A stretch of 64,000 nucleotides of DNA, taken from the IMG/VR virus record IMGVR_UViG_3300011335_000900, positions 32,001-96,000 of that record, one strand, 5' to 3'. Each line of letters begins with the position of its first letter. Within the stretch, counting starts at the first letter, position 1. Positions 50,144 through 58,139 of the stretch are shown piece after piece. Source of the DNA: a virus. Under the pieces are notes generated by a model. That model was given only the letters and a program-made list of their open reading frames with translations. It was not told where the DNA came from and searched no databases. A program made the translations under genes and the position numbers.

Positions 50144-51022
50144 ATGGAAGAAAAATACATAGTTTGGCACATTGAAGGTGGCCTAGGAAAAAACATTGCT
50201 GCTACATCATTATTAAGTAGCTTAAAAGAAAAACACCCAGATAGAAAAATAGTTGTAGTAGCTTCATACCCTGAAATATTTTTAAATTTACCCTCAGTTT
50301 ACAGAGTATATAGATTAGGTTCAACCCAATACTTTTATGATGACTATATTAAAAATAAAGATACAATAGTATTTAAACATGAACCATACTATGAAACACA
50401 ACATATATTAAAAAACAAACATCTAATTGCAAATTGGTGTAAAATATTAGATATTGAATATACTTTTCAATCCCCTGTTTTAAATTTTAATTTTATACAT
50501 CAATTAAATGCTACAAAATGGAATAGAGAAAAACCTATTTTACTTATCCAAACTAATGGAGGTATATTAAATAGTGATTTAACATATTCTTGGACAAGAG
50601 ATTTACCTTTTTATTTATCTACCCAAATAGCTAACAAATATAAAGAAACACATCATATTATACAAGTATGTAAACCTTCTTCTTTAAAAATAGAGGGAGC
50701 AGAAATTATAGACTATACGCTATCAGCTATGGAATTATTTACATTATTAGCGGTAAGTGATAAACGTATATTAATTGATTCTAGTTTACAACATGCTGCG
50801 GTAGCATTAAATGTTCCCTCTACTGTATTTTGGATTGGAACTTCACCAAAAAACTTTGGATATGCATTTCACAATAACATAATTGCAAATCCTCCTACAG
50901 ATACAACAAAATTAATTGATGCTTATTTATTTGATTATTCTTTTGAGGGAGTTACTCATGAATGCCCATATTACAGTTTAGAGGAAATGTTTGATGTTCC
51001 TAAAATTTTAGAGAAAATTTAA
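50144..51022 (+). CDS. Glycosyltransferase (GT9/heptosyltransferase-like)
   Basis: GGLGKNI N-terminus; IDSSLQHAAVALNVPSTVFW. Confidence 0.75.
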   Translation: MEEKYIVWHIEGGLGKNIAATSLLSSLKEKHPDRKIVVVASYPEIFLNLPSVYRVYRLGSTQYFYDDYIKNKDTIVFKHEPYYETQHILKNKHLIANWCKILDIEYTFQSPVLNFNFIHQLNATKWNREKPILLIQTNGGILNSDLTYSWTRDLPFYLSTQIANKYKETHHIIQVCKPSSLKIEGAEIIDYTLSAMELFTLLAVSDKRILIDSSLQHAAVALNVPSTVFWIGTSPKNFGYAFHNNIIANPPTDTTKLIDAYLFDYSFEGVTHECPYYSLEEMFDVPKILEKI

Positions 51023-51073
51023 GTAAACTTGGCTTTTTAAAATACTTTTAGTATATTTAAGAAAATAAAGGTT

Positions 51074-51583
51074 ATGCTATTTACAACTTCTGATCCAAAA
51101 GTAGTACTTAAAGAGATATCAAAATTACAACCCCTAAATTACAACCAATTTAAATGGTGGAGACGTTTTGACACCAAACTTAAACCATTACCACGTGGGG
51201 TTAAATTTATTGATCGCATTAAAAACGGTGAATATGAATTTTCACATTACTACTGGCAATGGAAATTATCTGAGTTAGAAATCAACGAAAAATACATAGA
51301 ATACAACGGAGATATACAAAAATTACTTGAAAAAAACGGAGTAGATCTAGCTCGTAGAAAACGTTTAATAGAGGATTTCAATGCAGACGAAGCTAGTAAA
51401 CTATCAAACCTTAAAAAAGGATTTTTACGTGAATTCGTAATGACAAAAGAAGAATATGAAGATCATATTACAGATTTTGATGGTACAACTGAAGAATTTT
51501 ATATGTATTGTTTAAAAACATTTGATCGTTCTGGAAAACAAACAGAAAAACGTGGTCGTCCTAAAAAATCCGAAAATATTTAA
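51074..51583 (+). CDS. Hypothetical protein with C-terminal AT-hook-like KRGRPKK
   Basis: Host-type promoter at 51029. Confidence 0.55.
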   Translation: MLFTTSDPKVVLKEISKLQPLNYNQFKWWRRFDTKLKPLPRGVKFIDRIKNGEYEFSHYYWQWKLSELEINEKYIEYNGDIQKLLEKNGVDLARRKRLIEDFNADEASKLSNLKKGFLREFVMTKEEYEDHITDFDGTTEEFYMYCLKTFDRSGKQTEKRGRPKKSENI

Positions 51584-51639
51584 AAAAACTTGGAAATATT
51601 AATTTTCTTTTGTATATTTTAATTATAAAAATAAAAGTT

Positions 51640-51891
51640 ATGACATCAACAAAAACATTTAAAACCAAATTTCGATTATTTTTACGCAGATTTGGAATGT
51701 TATGTAAGAAAAAACAACCACCTAGAAAAGGAGTTCGAATTTCAAGAACAATTATGCCGGATGGCAAAATAATTGAACATGGTGGATTTACTGAAAAACC
51801 ACCACTAAATAATCAATCATTTTTATCTGAACTTCATATTTACCATGAACTAAAAAATTCAGTAAAATTTAAACAACCTAAAAAAAAGTAA
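51640..51891 (+). CDS. Basic hypothetical protein
   Basis: Promoter at 51590; aaagttATG start context at 51640. Confidence 0.45.
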   Translation: MTSTKTFKTKFRLFLRRFGMLCKKKQPPRKGVRISRTIMPDGKIIEHGGFTEKPPLNNQSFLSELHIYHELKNSVKFKQPKKK

Positions 51892-51909
51892 CCCCCTAAA
51901 ACCAGTTAT

Positions 51910-52227
51910 ATGAAATCAGTTATGAATAAAGAACTAGTATTATCAACATTAAAAAAAGTATTTAGTTACGGAGTAATCGTAGGAGCATTAGTATTAGGAT
52001 TTTTCATTGGAAGATATACCCAAAATTATCCCCCTACACCAAAATCAAATGCATATTCAAATATTTATTCTACCTCTAACGTATCAATTGCGGTAAATGA
52101 AGGAAATGAATTAATGTTAATTGACCGTGCAAGTGGAAACTATCAAATGTATTCAGATTCAATTGGAATGACAATATTTAAAATGTATTCAAATAGAATT
52201 TACCAAAATGCAAATGTAAATGAATAA
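51910..52227 (+). CDS. Membrane-anchored hypothetical protein
   Basis: Single TM segment; overlaps the transglycosylase gene start. Confidence 0.55.
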   Translation: MKSVMNKELVLSTLKKVFSYGVIVGALVLGFFIGRYTQNYPPTPKSNAYSNIYSTSNVSIAVNEGNELMLIDRASGNYQMYSDSIGMTIFKMYSNRIYQNANVNE

Positions 52228-52741
52228 ATTAAAATTTTTGGGTATAGCCGCTATATTTTTAGCGGTTATATCCTCCTTTAGGCTTTTAACCCCTGAAGAA
52301 GTCGTCACATCCCCCATAAGAAAAAGTTTTACAGTAAATGTAACTGATCCACCTTGCATTCAAGTATATAGTTGTATTGAATTTTATGCAGATTCATTTA
52401 ATATCCCTAGACAATATGCATATGGAATAGCATCGTTAGAAACAGGATATAAAGGTCCATTTCATTGGAAATATAAAAATACTCAAATATCCTCCACTGG
52501 AGCTTTAGGACCTATGCAAGTTTTAAAATCAACTGCACGTTGGGTAAACAAAGATCAAGTATCTAAAGAAATATTGTTAAATGATGTAAAATATAATATA
52601 ATGACCTCAATGAAATATTTAAGAATGTTACATAACCAATATAAAAATTGGAAAATTGTATTTGGATATTACAACACCGGTTACCCTAGAGTAAATAGTT
52701 ATGCAGAAAGAGTATATAATCATAAAATAGATTGGAGATGA
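52220..52741 (+). CDS. Lytic transglycosylase (SLT domain), signal-anchored
   Basis: IASLETG, SSTGALGPMQV, YLRML, YYNTG. Confidence 0.85.
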   Translation: MNKLKFLGIAAIFLAVISSFRLLTPEEVVTSPIRKSFTVNVTDPPCIQVYSCIEFYADSFNIPRQYAYGIASLETGYKGPFHWKYKNTQISSTGALGPMQVLKSTARWVNKDQVSKEILLNDVKYNIMTSMKYLRMLHNQYKNWKIVFGYYNTGYPRVNSYAERVYNHKIDWR

Positions 52742-52986
52742 AAAAAGTAGTTTGTATCAATGATAGGAAGTTACCTGAGGGTGCTGAAGTTGTAAATGGA
52801 AAAGAATATGAAGTTTTAGAAGAATTTTTAAACAATTATGATCAACGAGTGTTTATTATAGCTGGAATAAAAAATAAAGGAACAACTAAAATGGGACTAC
52901 GTTGGATAGGATATGATGCATCTCGTTTTGCAAACCTAGAATCAATAGCTATAGAATCATACGAACACGTATATGCAGAAAATTAA
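52732..52986 (+). CDS. Hypothetical protein
   Basis: VVCIND..GKEYEV..YDASRF SH3-like pattern. Confidence 0.5.
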   Translation: MEMKKVVCINDRKLPEGAEVVNGKEYEVLEEFLNNYDQRVFIIAGIKNKGTTKMGLRWIGYDASRFANLESIAIESYEHVYAEN

Positions 52987-53395
52987 TATAAAAAGAGGAG
53001 TTATAGCAGGAAACTTTGATGTACTCCATCCAGGATACATTGCAATGTTTGAGGAGTGTAAAAAACACTGTGATAGATTAATAATATGTTTACATGAAGA
53101 TCCCTCTATTGAACGACCAGAAAAACTTAAACCAATTTTACATTGGTCCGATCGAGTAAAAATTCTTTCTTCACTTAGACAAGTTGATTATGTATTTCCA
53201 TATCAAACAGAGGAAGATCTATATGAAGCTTTAATTAAAGGAAACTTTGATGTTCGATTTTTAGGTGATGATTATATAGGAAAACCATTTACTGGAGATG
53301 ATTTAGATATTCCTATACAGTATTTAAATAGAGATCATGGATGGTCAACAACAATGTACAAACAATTAATAGCAGATAGTTTAAACAAAAAATAA
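52973..53395 (+). CDS. Cytidylyltransferase (TagD/RfaE-like)
   Basis: AGNFDVLHPGY, KPI, GDDY, RDHGWSTT. Confidence 0.85.
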   Translation: MQKINIKRGVIAGNFDVLHPGYIAMFEECKKHCDRLIICLHEDPSIERPEKLKPILHWSDRVKILSSLRQVDYVFPYQTEEDLYEALIKGNFDVRFLGDDYIGKPFTGDDLDIPIQYLNRDHGWSTTMYKQLIADSLNKK

Positions 53396-53398
53396 ATT

Positions 53399-53782
53399 AT
53401 GAAAGCAAGTGAATTAAGGATTGGTAATTTAGTAGATTTAGGTAATAGAATTGCTAAAGTTATTGAAATTAACCATTTAGCGTGTGTAGTAGTTAATTTA
53501 GAAGAAACTCAGGATACTATAGAAGATTACGAACGTGTAAAGCCTATTAAATTAACAGAAGAATGGTTGTTGAAGTTTGGGTTAAAACCAAATCAATGGT
53601 TTTGTTCAAACAGCTATTGTGTTGTTGAAGATAAAACAGGCGATATTCATTATGGATGGTGTATGAAAACACAAAATTCTTTACATACAAAAGAGATTGA
53701 GTTTGGATATTTTAAATACGTTCACCAATTTCAAAACTTATACTTTGCAATAATAGGAGAAGAACTTATATTAAAAGAGTAA
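53399..53782 (+). CDS. Hypothetical phage protein (ELRIGN...LTEEWLLKFG...VHQFQNLYF family)
   Basis: Motif pattern familiar from Bacteroidota phages and prophages. Confidence 0.6.
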   Translation: MKASELRIGNLVDLGNRIAKVIEINHLACVVVNLEETQDTIEDYERVKPIKLTEEWLLKFGLKPNQWFCSNSYCVVEDKTGDIHYGWCMKTQNSLHTKEIEFGYFKYVHQFQNLYFAIIGEELILKE

Positions 53783-53847
53783 TATAAATGTTTTATTGTT
53801 TCCCACATTTTTTATTGTCTTCCACATATGTATAATAAACGGGAAAT

Positions 53848-54453
53848 ATGAAAAAAAGTGGAATTTATAAAATTATAAACCCAAAAGGTGAAGTTTATAT
53901 AGGATGTTCACAAAATATCCATGTTAGATGGATGAATTACAAGAATAGTAGTAAAACTGAAAAACAACCAAAATTAAATCAATCTTTTGAAACCTATGGT
54001 TTTGAAAATCATGTATTTGAAGTGATAGAAGATATTGAAATTTTGCTAGCTCAACGAGAAAAATATTGGATTGAATTCTATAATTCATATGGTAAAGGCT
54101 TAAATTCAAATCTTGGAGGAGGCGGAGTAGAAGCTCATAATGAAAATACTCGAAAACTTATTAGTGAAAAGGGAAAATTAAATGTAGGGAAAAGAAAAAA
54201 TTCACATTGGAAAGGTAAAAATAGAAGTGAAGAATCTAAACTTAAAATGAGCCAATCTAAAAAAGGAAAATCCATCCCATCTAACAACAAACCTATCCTC
54301 CAATTCAGTAAACAAGGTCAATTCCTTCAAGAATATTCTAGCATTGAAGAAGCTGCTAGAAATATTAGTGGAAATCCTACAGCAATAAACAACGCTCTAA
54401 AAAAAGGAGAAAATGCTACATCTTCTGGTTATATTTGGAGATATAAAATTTAG
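53848..54453 (+). CDS. Free-standing GIY-YIG homing endonuclease (NUMOD3 and C-terminal HTH)
   Basis: SGIYKI..VYIG, REKYWI, GLN, SEESKLKMS, EYSSIEEAAR..GYIWRY. Confidence 0.9.
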   Translation: MKKSGIYKIINPKGEVYIGCSQNIHVRWMNYKNSSKTEKQPKLNQSFETYGFENHVFEVIEDIEILLAQREKYWIEFYNSYGKGLNSNLGGGGVEAHNENTRKLISEKGKLNVGKRKNSHWKGKNRSEESKLKMSQSKKGKSIPSNNKPILQFSKQGQFLQEYSSIEEAARNISGNPTAINNALKKGENATSSGYIWRYKI

Positions 54454-54480
54454 TTATTATATTTAATAAAATTTAAAGTT

Positions 54481-55275
54481 ATGAAAAAAATAAAAATTAG
54501 CCACGAGGTGCCATTTTGTCTATTAACAAAAAGTCGAGAATTCAATGATTTTGATTATTGCTTGCCCCATTTAATGGATGAAAACGAAGAATATCGTGTA
54601 TTTTTTCAAAATTCAAAAAATATAGCACGCTATATTGTAATGGACAATTCACTCCATGAACTTGGAGAAGCATATAGTACAGACCGTTTAATGTATTGGG
54701 TAAATAAACTTGAACCAAATGAATTCATTGTACCTGATGTTTGGGAAGACTATACTGCTTCAGTTAGAAATGCAAAACAATGGGCAAACATCCAACTCCC
54801 AGAAAATACAACTAAAGTAGCTGTTGTGCAAGCAAAAAGTTTACACGAAGCTAATTTATGTGTTCAAGCATATAAAGATTTAGGATACAAGAAAATTGCA
54901 TTTTCATATGGTGCTTCATATTATAATGATATTTGCCCACATCCAAATCAAGATTTAGGTAAAGCTATTGGAAGATTTATGGTAATTTCTACTATGTTTA
55001 GAGATAAAACAATTACTAATACAGATCGAATCCATTTACTTGGAACTGCTTCCCCTATTGAATTTGGAATGTATAAAAATATGCCATTTATTGAATCTAT
55101 TGATACCTCAAATCCAATTATGGCAGCAATTGGTGAAATGCCATATACAAAAATGGGATTACATTTAAAACCAATGGCCAATATGAACAAACACCAAGAT
55201 ATAAGCAAAGAGTTTGTTAACGAGGATCTTGTAGATTTCAATGTTGAAATGTTTCGCACAATAAATGGACTTTAA
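54481..55275 (+). CDS. dpdA: TGT-fold 7-deazaguanine DNA modification protein (DpdA-like)
   Basis: MDNS, VPDV, VAVVQ, HLLG, SIDTS TGT-type motifs; next to queC/D/E and folE. Confidence 0.7.
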   Translation: MKKIKISHEVPFCLLTKSREFNDFDYCLPHLMDENEEYRVFFQNSKNIARYIVMDNSLHELGEAYSTDRLMYWVNKLEPNEFIVPDVWEDYTASVRNAKQWANIQLPENTTKVAVVQAKSLHEANLCVQAYKDLGYKKIAFSYGASYYNDICPHPNQDLGKAIGRFMVISTMFRDKTITNTDRIHLLGTASPIEFGMYKNMPFIESIDTSNPIMAAIGEMPYTKMGLHLKPMANMNKHQDISKEFVNEDLVDFNVEMFRTINGL

Positions 55276-55323
55276 TTTGGAGTCTATATTTTCTTTTCGT
55301 ATATTTAATCAAAAATAAAAGTT

Positions 55324-55581
55324 ATGGAATATTTGTCGCTTTATGACTTTTTAGGAAAAGCTGCAGGCAATGATCTAGGAAAAGAAGTAGCAGCTGCTGC
55401 TTATAAAGCAGGTATTAAAATGCAAGAAAGAGAAATCTCAAATCCAAAATATACAGGTATTGTACATTTGTATCCTAAAGATTTCTTAGATTTCTATTTT
55501 AGAGAACCAGAATTAAATTTAATGGATGAATTACCTGGATCACTTAATAGAGTTATTGATGAAGATGATTTACCCTTTTAA
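55324..55581 (+). CDS. Small protein ending in SSB-like tail EDDLPF
   Basis: Own host-type promoter at 55277. Confidence 0.6.
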   Translation: MEYLSLYDFLGKAAGNDLGKEVAAAAYKAGIKMQEREISNPKYTGIVHLYPKDFLDFYFREPELNLMDELPGSLNRVIDEDDLPF

Positions 55582-55583
55582 TT

Positions 55584-55754
55584 ATGGATAAATTAACAAA
55601 ACAGGAATTTGAAAAATTCCGTGAACTGTGGAAAGAAGAATGGTATACTCATTGGAGATTATTAGATATAGATTTTGAATGTTATATGCTAATGAAAGGA
55701 TTAACAAAACAAGAATATAAAAATTTAAATAGTGAATTATGGCAAAACATGTAG
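55584..55754 (+). CDS. 56-aa hypothetical protein, not in the ORF track
   Basis: MDKLTKQEFEKFRELWKEEW...ELWQNM*; starts 2 nt after the upstream stop. Confidence 0.55.
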   Translation: MDKLTKQEFEKFRELWKEEWYTHWRLLDIDFECYMLMKGLTKQEYKNLNSELWQNM

Positions 55755-55782
55755 TAGTTAAGTTGTGACTTTAGCAGGAGGA
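55739..55782 (+). pseudogene. Remnant of an ancestral queC 5' end
   Basis: ATG GCA AAA CAT GTA GTA GTT (MAKHVVV), then shifted GTG ACT TTA GCA GGA GGA (VTLAGG), versus functional QueC DHVVLSLSGG. Confidence 0.65.
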
Positions 55783-55817
55783 TACAATATGTATAACCGA
55801 CAGATAAATACATAACT

Positions 55818-56480
55818 ATGCCTTCAAAAGAATATATGAAAGAATATAGGAGAAGAAAAAATCCTAAAATTCTAGAAAAAGAAGAACTTGCTCAACAAGA
55901 AAAAAGACGTTGTACAAAATGTTCTGTTATTAAATCATTTGAGTCATTTGTCCCCCAAAAAGCAGGATATATGGGAATAAAATCTCAATGTAAAGAATGC
56001 GATACAGAATACGATAAACAGTTCCAATCTAAAACCAATGCTAGAGCTAAGCGGGATAAAACAGACAAAGCTAAGCAATATAGAAAAAAATATGTAGCTG
56101 AAAATTTAGATTGGTGGAGAAAGTATGAAAGAGAATACAGATACAACCGTAGAAAAGAAGACATGTTTTTTAAAATAAAGGGAAACATGTCTGGAAGGTT
56201 ATCTGACTTGATTAACAAAAGAAATTTAGGTACTACTACTCTTGAACTTATAGGATGTGATCGAGAAACTTTTCTATCCCATATTGAAAAACAATTCACC
56301 GAAGGAATGACATGGGAAAACTATGGTTTAAAAGGATGGCATGTAGATCATATTCTCCCATTATCTTCATTTGACTTAACTGTAGAGGATGAAGTAAAAA
56401 AAGCTTGCCACTATACAAACCTTCAACCACTTTGGTGGCAAGATAACTTGGAAAAGGGTAATAAAGTTAGTATATTATAA
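55818..56480 (+). CDS. Free-standing HNH homing endonuclease
   Basis: CxxC..CxxC finger; GMTWENYG..WHVDHILP...HYTNLQPLW..DNLEKGN. Confidence 0.9.
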   Translation: MPSKEYMKEYRRRKNPKILEKEELAQQEKRRCTKCSVIKSFESFVPQKAGYMGIKSQCKECDTEYDKQFQSKTNARAKRDKTDKAKQYRKKYVAENLDWWRKYEREYRYNRRKEDMFFKIKGNMSGRLSDLINKRNLGTTTLELIGCDRETFLSHIEKQFTEGMTWENYGLKGWHVDHILPLSSFDLTVEDEVKKACHYTNLQPLWWQDNLEKGNKVSIL

Positions 56481-56540
56481 TAAAGGTTTGAAGTTCCATA
56501 ACCTATAAATACCGGAACAAAGTTTTAAAATTATAAAAAT

Positions 56541-57389
56541 ATGAACAAACAAAAAGATCATGTAGTTTTATCCCTAAGTGGAGGTCTAGATTCAAGCACC
56601 CTTTTACTTAGATGCTTAAAAGAATATAAAAGCGTTACTGCAATCTCATTTGACTATGGACAAAAACATCGAATAGAGTTAGATAGAGCACAGTCATTAG
56701 TAGATTATATTAATTTAACTTACTCTCCAATCCGTTATCGTCAAATTCAATTAAATGGATTAGCTGACCTACTAAACTCAGCTTTAGTAACAGGTGGAGA
56801 AGAAGTACCTGAAGGACACTATGCTGAAGAAAACATGAAAGCAACAGTTGTTCCAAACAGAAATAAAATATTTGCTTCAATTATCCAAGCAGTAGCACTT
56901 TCAATCGCAGATGAAACAGATGAGCAATGTGATATTGCAATGGGAATCCATGCAGGCGATCACGCAATTTATCCAGATTGTAGACAAGAATTTAGAGATG
57001 CAGATGATACAGCCTTTAGAATTGGAAATTGGGGATCTGAAAAAGTAGGTTACTTTACACCATATCTTGAAGGAGATAAATTTACTATTTTACAAGATGG
57101 TGAAATGTTATGTGATGAACTTGGCTTAAACTTTAACGAAGTATACAAACGCACAAATACTTCATATAAGCCTATATATCACGAACTAGCTTACGAGGAA
57201 GGTATGGATATAGTTGATGCTTCAGGATGGTTTTCTGATTACAAATCAGCAAGTTCCGTGGAGCGTGTAGAGGCTTTTATTAAATTGGGAAGAAAAGATC
57301 CTGTAGGATATGCTGATGAAACAGGTCCTGTAAATTGGGAACACGTAGTAAATGAAGTAACAAAAGTGTTAGAAACACATAATAATTAA
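56541..57389 (+). CDS. queC: 7-cyano-7-deazaguanine synthase (Zn-site variant)
   Basis: SLSGGLDS, FDYGQKH, VPNRN, YPDCR. Confidence 0.9.
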   Translation: MNKQKDHVVLSLSGGLDSSTLLLRCLKEYKSVTAISFDYGQKHRIELDRAQSLVDYINLTYSPIRYRQIQLNGLADLLNSALVTGGEEVPEGHYAEENMKATVVPNRNKIFASIIQAVALSIADETDEQCDIAMGIHAGDHAIYPDCRQEFRDADDTAFRIGNWGSEKVGYFTPYLEGDKFTILQDGEMLCDELGLNFNEVYKRTNTSYKPIYHELAYEEGMDIVDASGWFSDYKSASSVERVEAFIKLGRKDPVGYADETGPVNWEHVVNEVTKVLETHNN

Positions 57390-57390
57390 A

Positions 57391-57876
57391 ATGGCAAGAT
57401 CATATTTAAATTATAAACAAAACTTAAATGAAAGTGAACAAAAACTTTTAGAAATAGGACAACGTGTTCAACCATATGAAAAAGATTTTTTATTTAGTGA
57501 AAAAGGAAATATGGTTTATACCGATTTTAAAGATGAACAACAAAATGATATTAGTGTTAGATTTCATAGATTTAAAGAAGGTTCAAATGGATATGAAGTT
57601 GAATTTACAATTAATAACCAAAGTGTAGAAGCATTTAAAACCGATTTAAATCACTTCTTTAAAATTATTTCAACAGTTGTTCAAGTAATAAATGAATTTA
57701 TAGAAAAATACCAACCTACACAATTATTTATTGAAGCTACAAATAAACCAGGAAAAGAAGGTCAAAAAGATAAAATTTGGTTACAATATATTAAAGTTAA
57801 TTTAAAAGCTGATGGATATGTGATAGGAAACCAAGGAGATGGATTTTCAATACAAAATAATAAAAAAATAAATTAA
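57391..57876 (+). CDS. Hypothetical protein with LNE/LLE leader
   Basis: Loosely similar to 33542 (STV..I..F...P..L pattern). Confidence 0.5.
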   Translation: MARSYLNYKQNLNESEQKLLEIGQRVQPYEKDFLFSEKGNMVYTDFKDEQQNDISVRFHRFKEGSNGYEVEFTINNQSVEAFKTDLNHFFKIISTVVQVINEFIEKYQPTQLFIEATNKPGKEGQKDKIWLQYIKVNLKADGYVIGNQGDGFSIQNNKKIN

Positions 57877-57877
57877 A

Positions 57878-58138
57878 ATGGGAAAATACAGAAAAAAACC
57901 AGTAGAAATTGAAGCAGTACAATTTATATCTCAAAACATTCAAGAGGTGTATGATATGTTAGGGAATCATTTAATAGTAACCCCAACATCAGATGGTGAG
58001 GGATTATATCATTTTATAAGAACCTTAGAAGGAGATATGGAAATCTCTTGGAACGATTACGTTATAAAAGGTATTAAAGGAGAATTCTATCCATGCAAAC
58101 CTGACATCTTTGAATTAACTTACGATAAAATAAATTAA
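57878..58138 (+). CDS. Conserved phage hypothetical protein
   Basis: KYRKKPVEIEAVQF..TLEG..GEFYPCKPDIF..TY motif. Confidence 0.7.
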   Translation: MGKYRKKPVEIEAVQFISQNIQEVYDMLGNHLIVTPTSDGEGLYHFIRTLEGDMEISWNDYVIKGIKGEFYPCKPDIFELTYDKIN

Positions 58139-58139
58139 A

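Noticed and set aside
55760-56560. Group I intron splitting queC
   Set aside because: Downstream queC is complete with its own ATG and promoter; flanks are too short for a ribozyme core and no P7-like elements were seen
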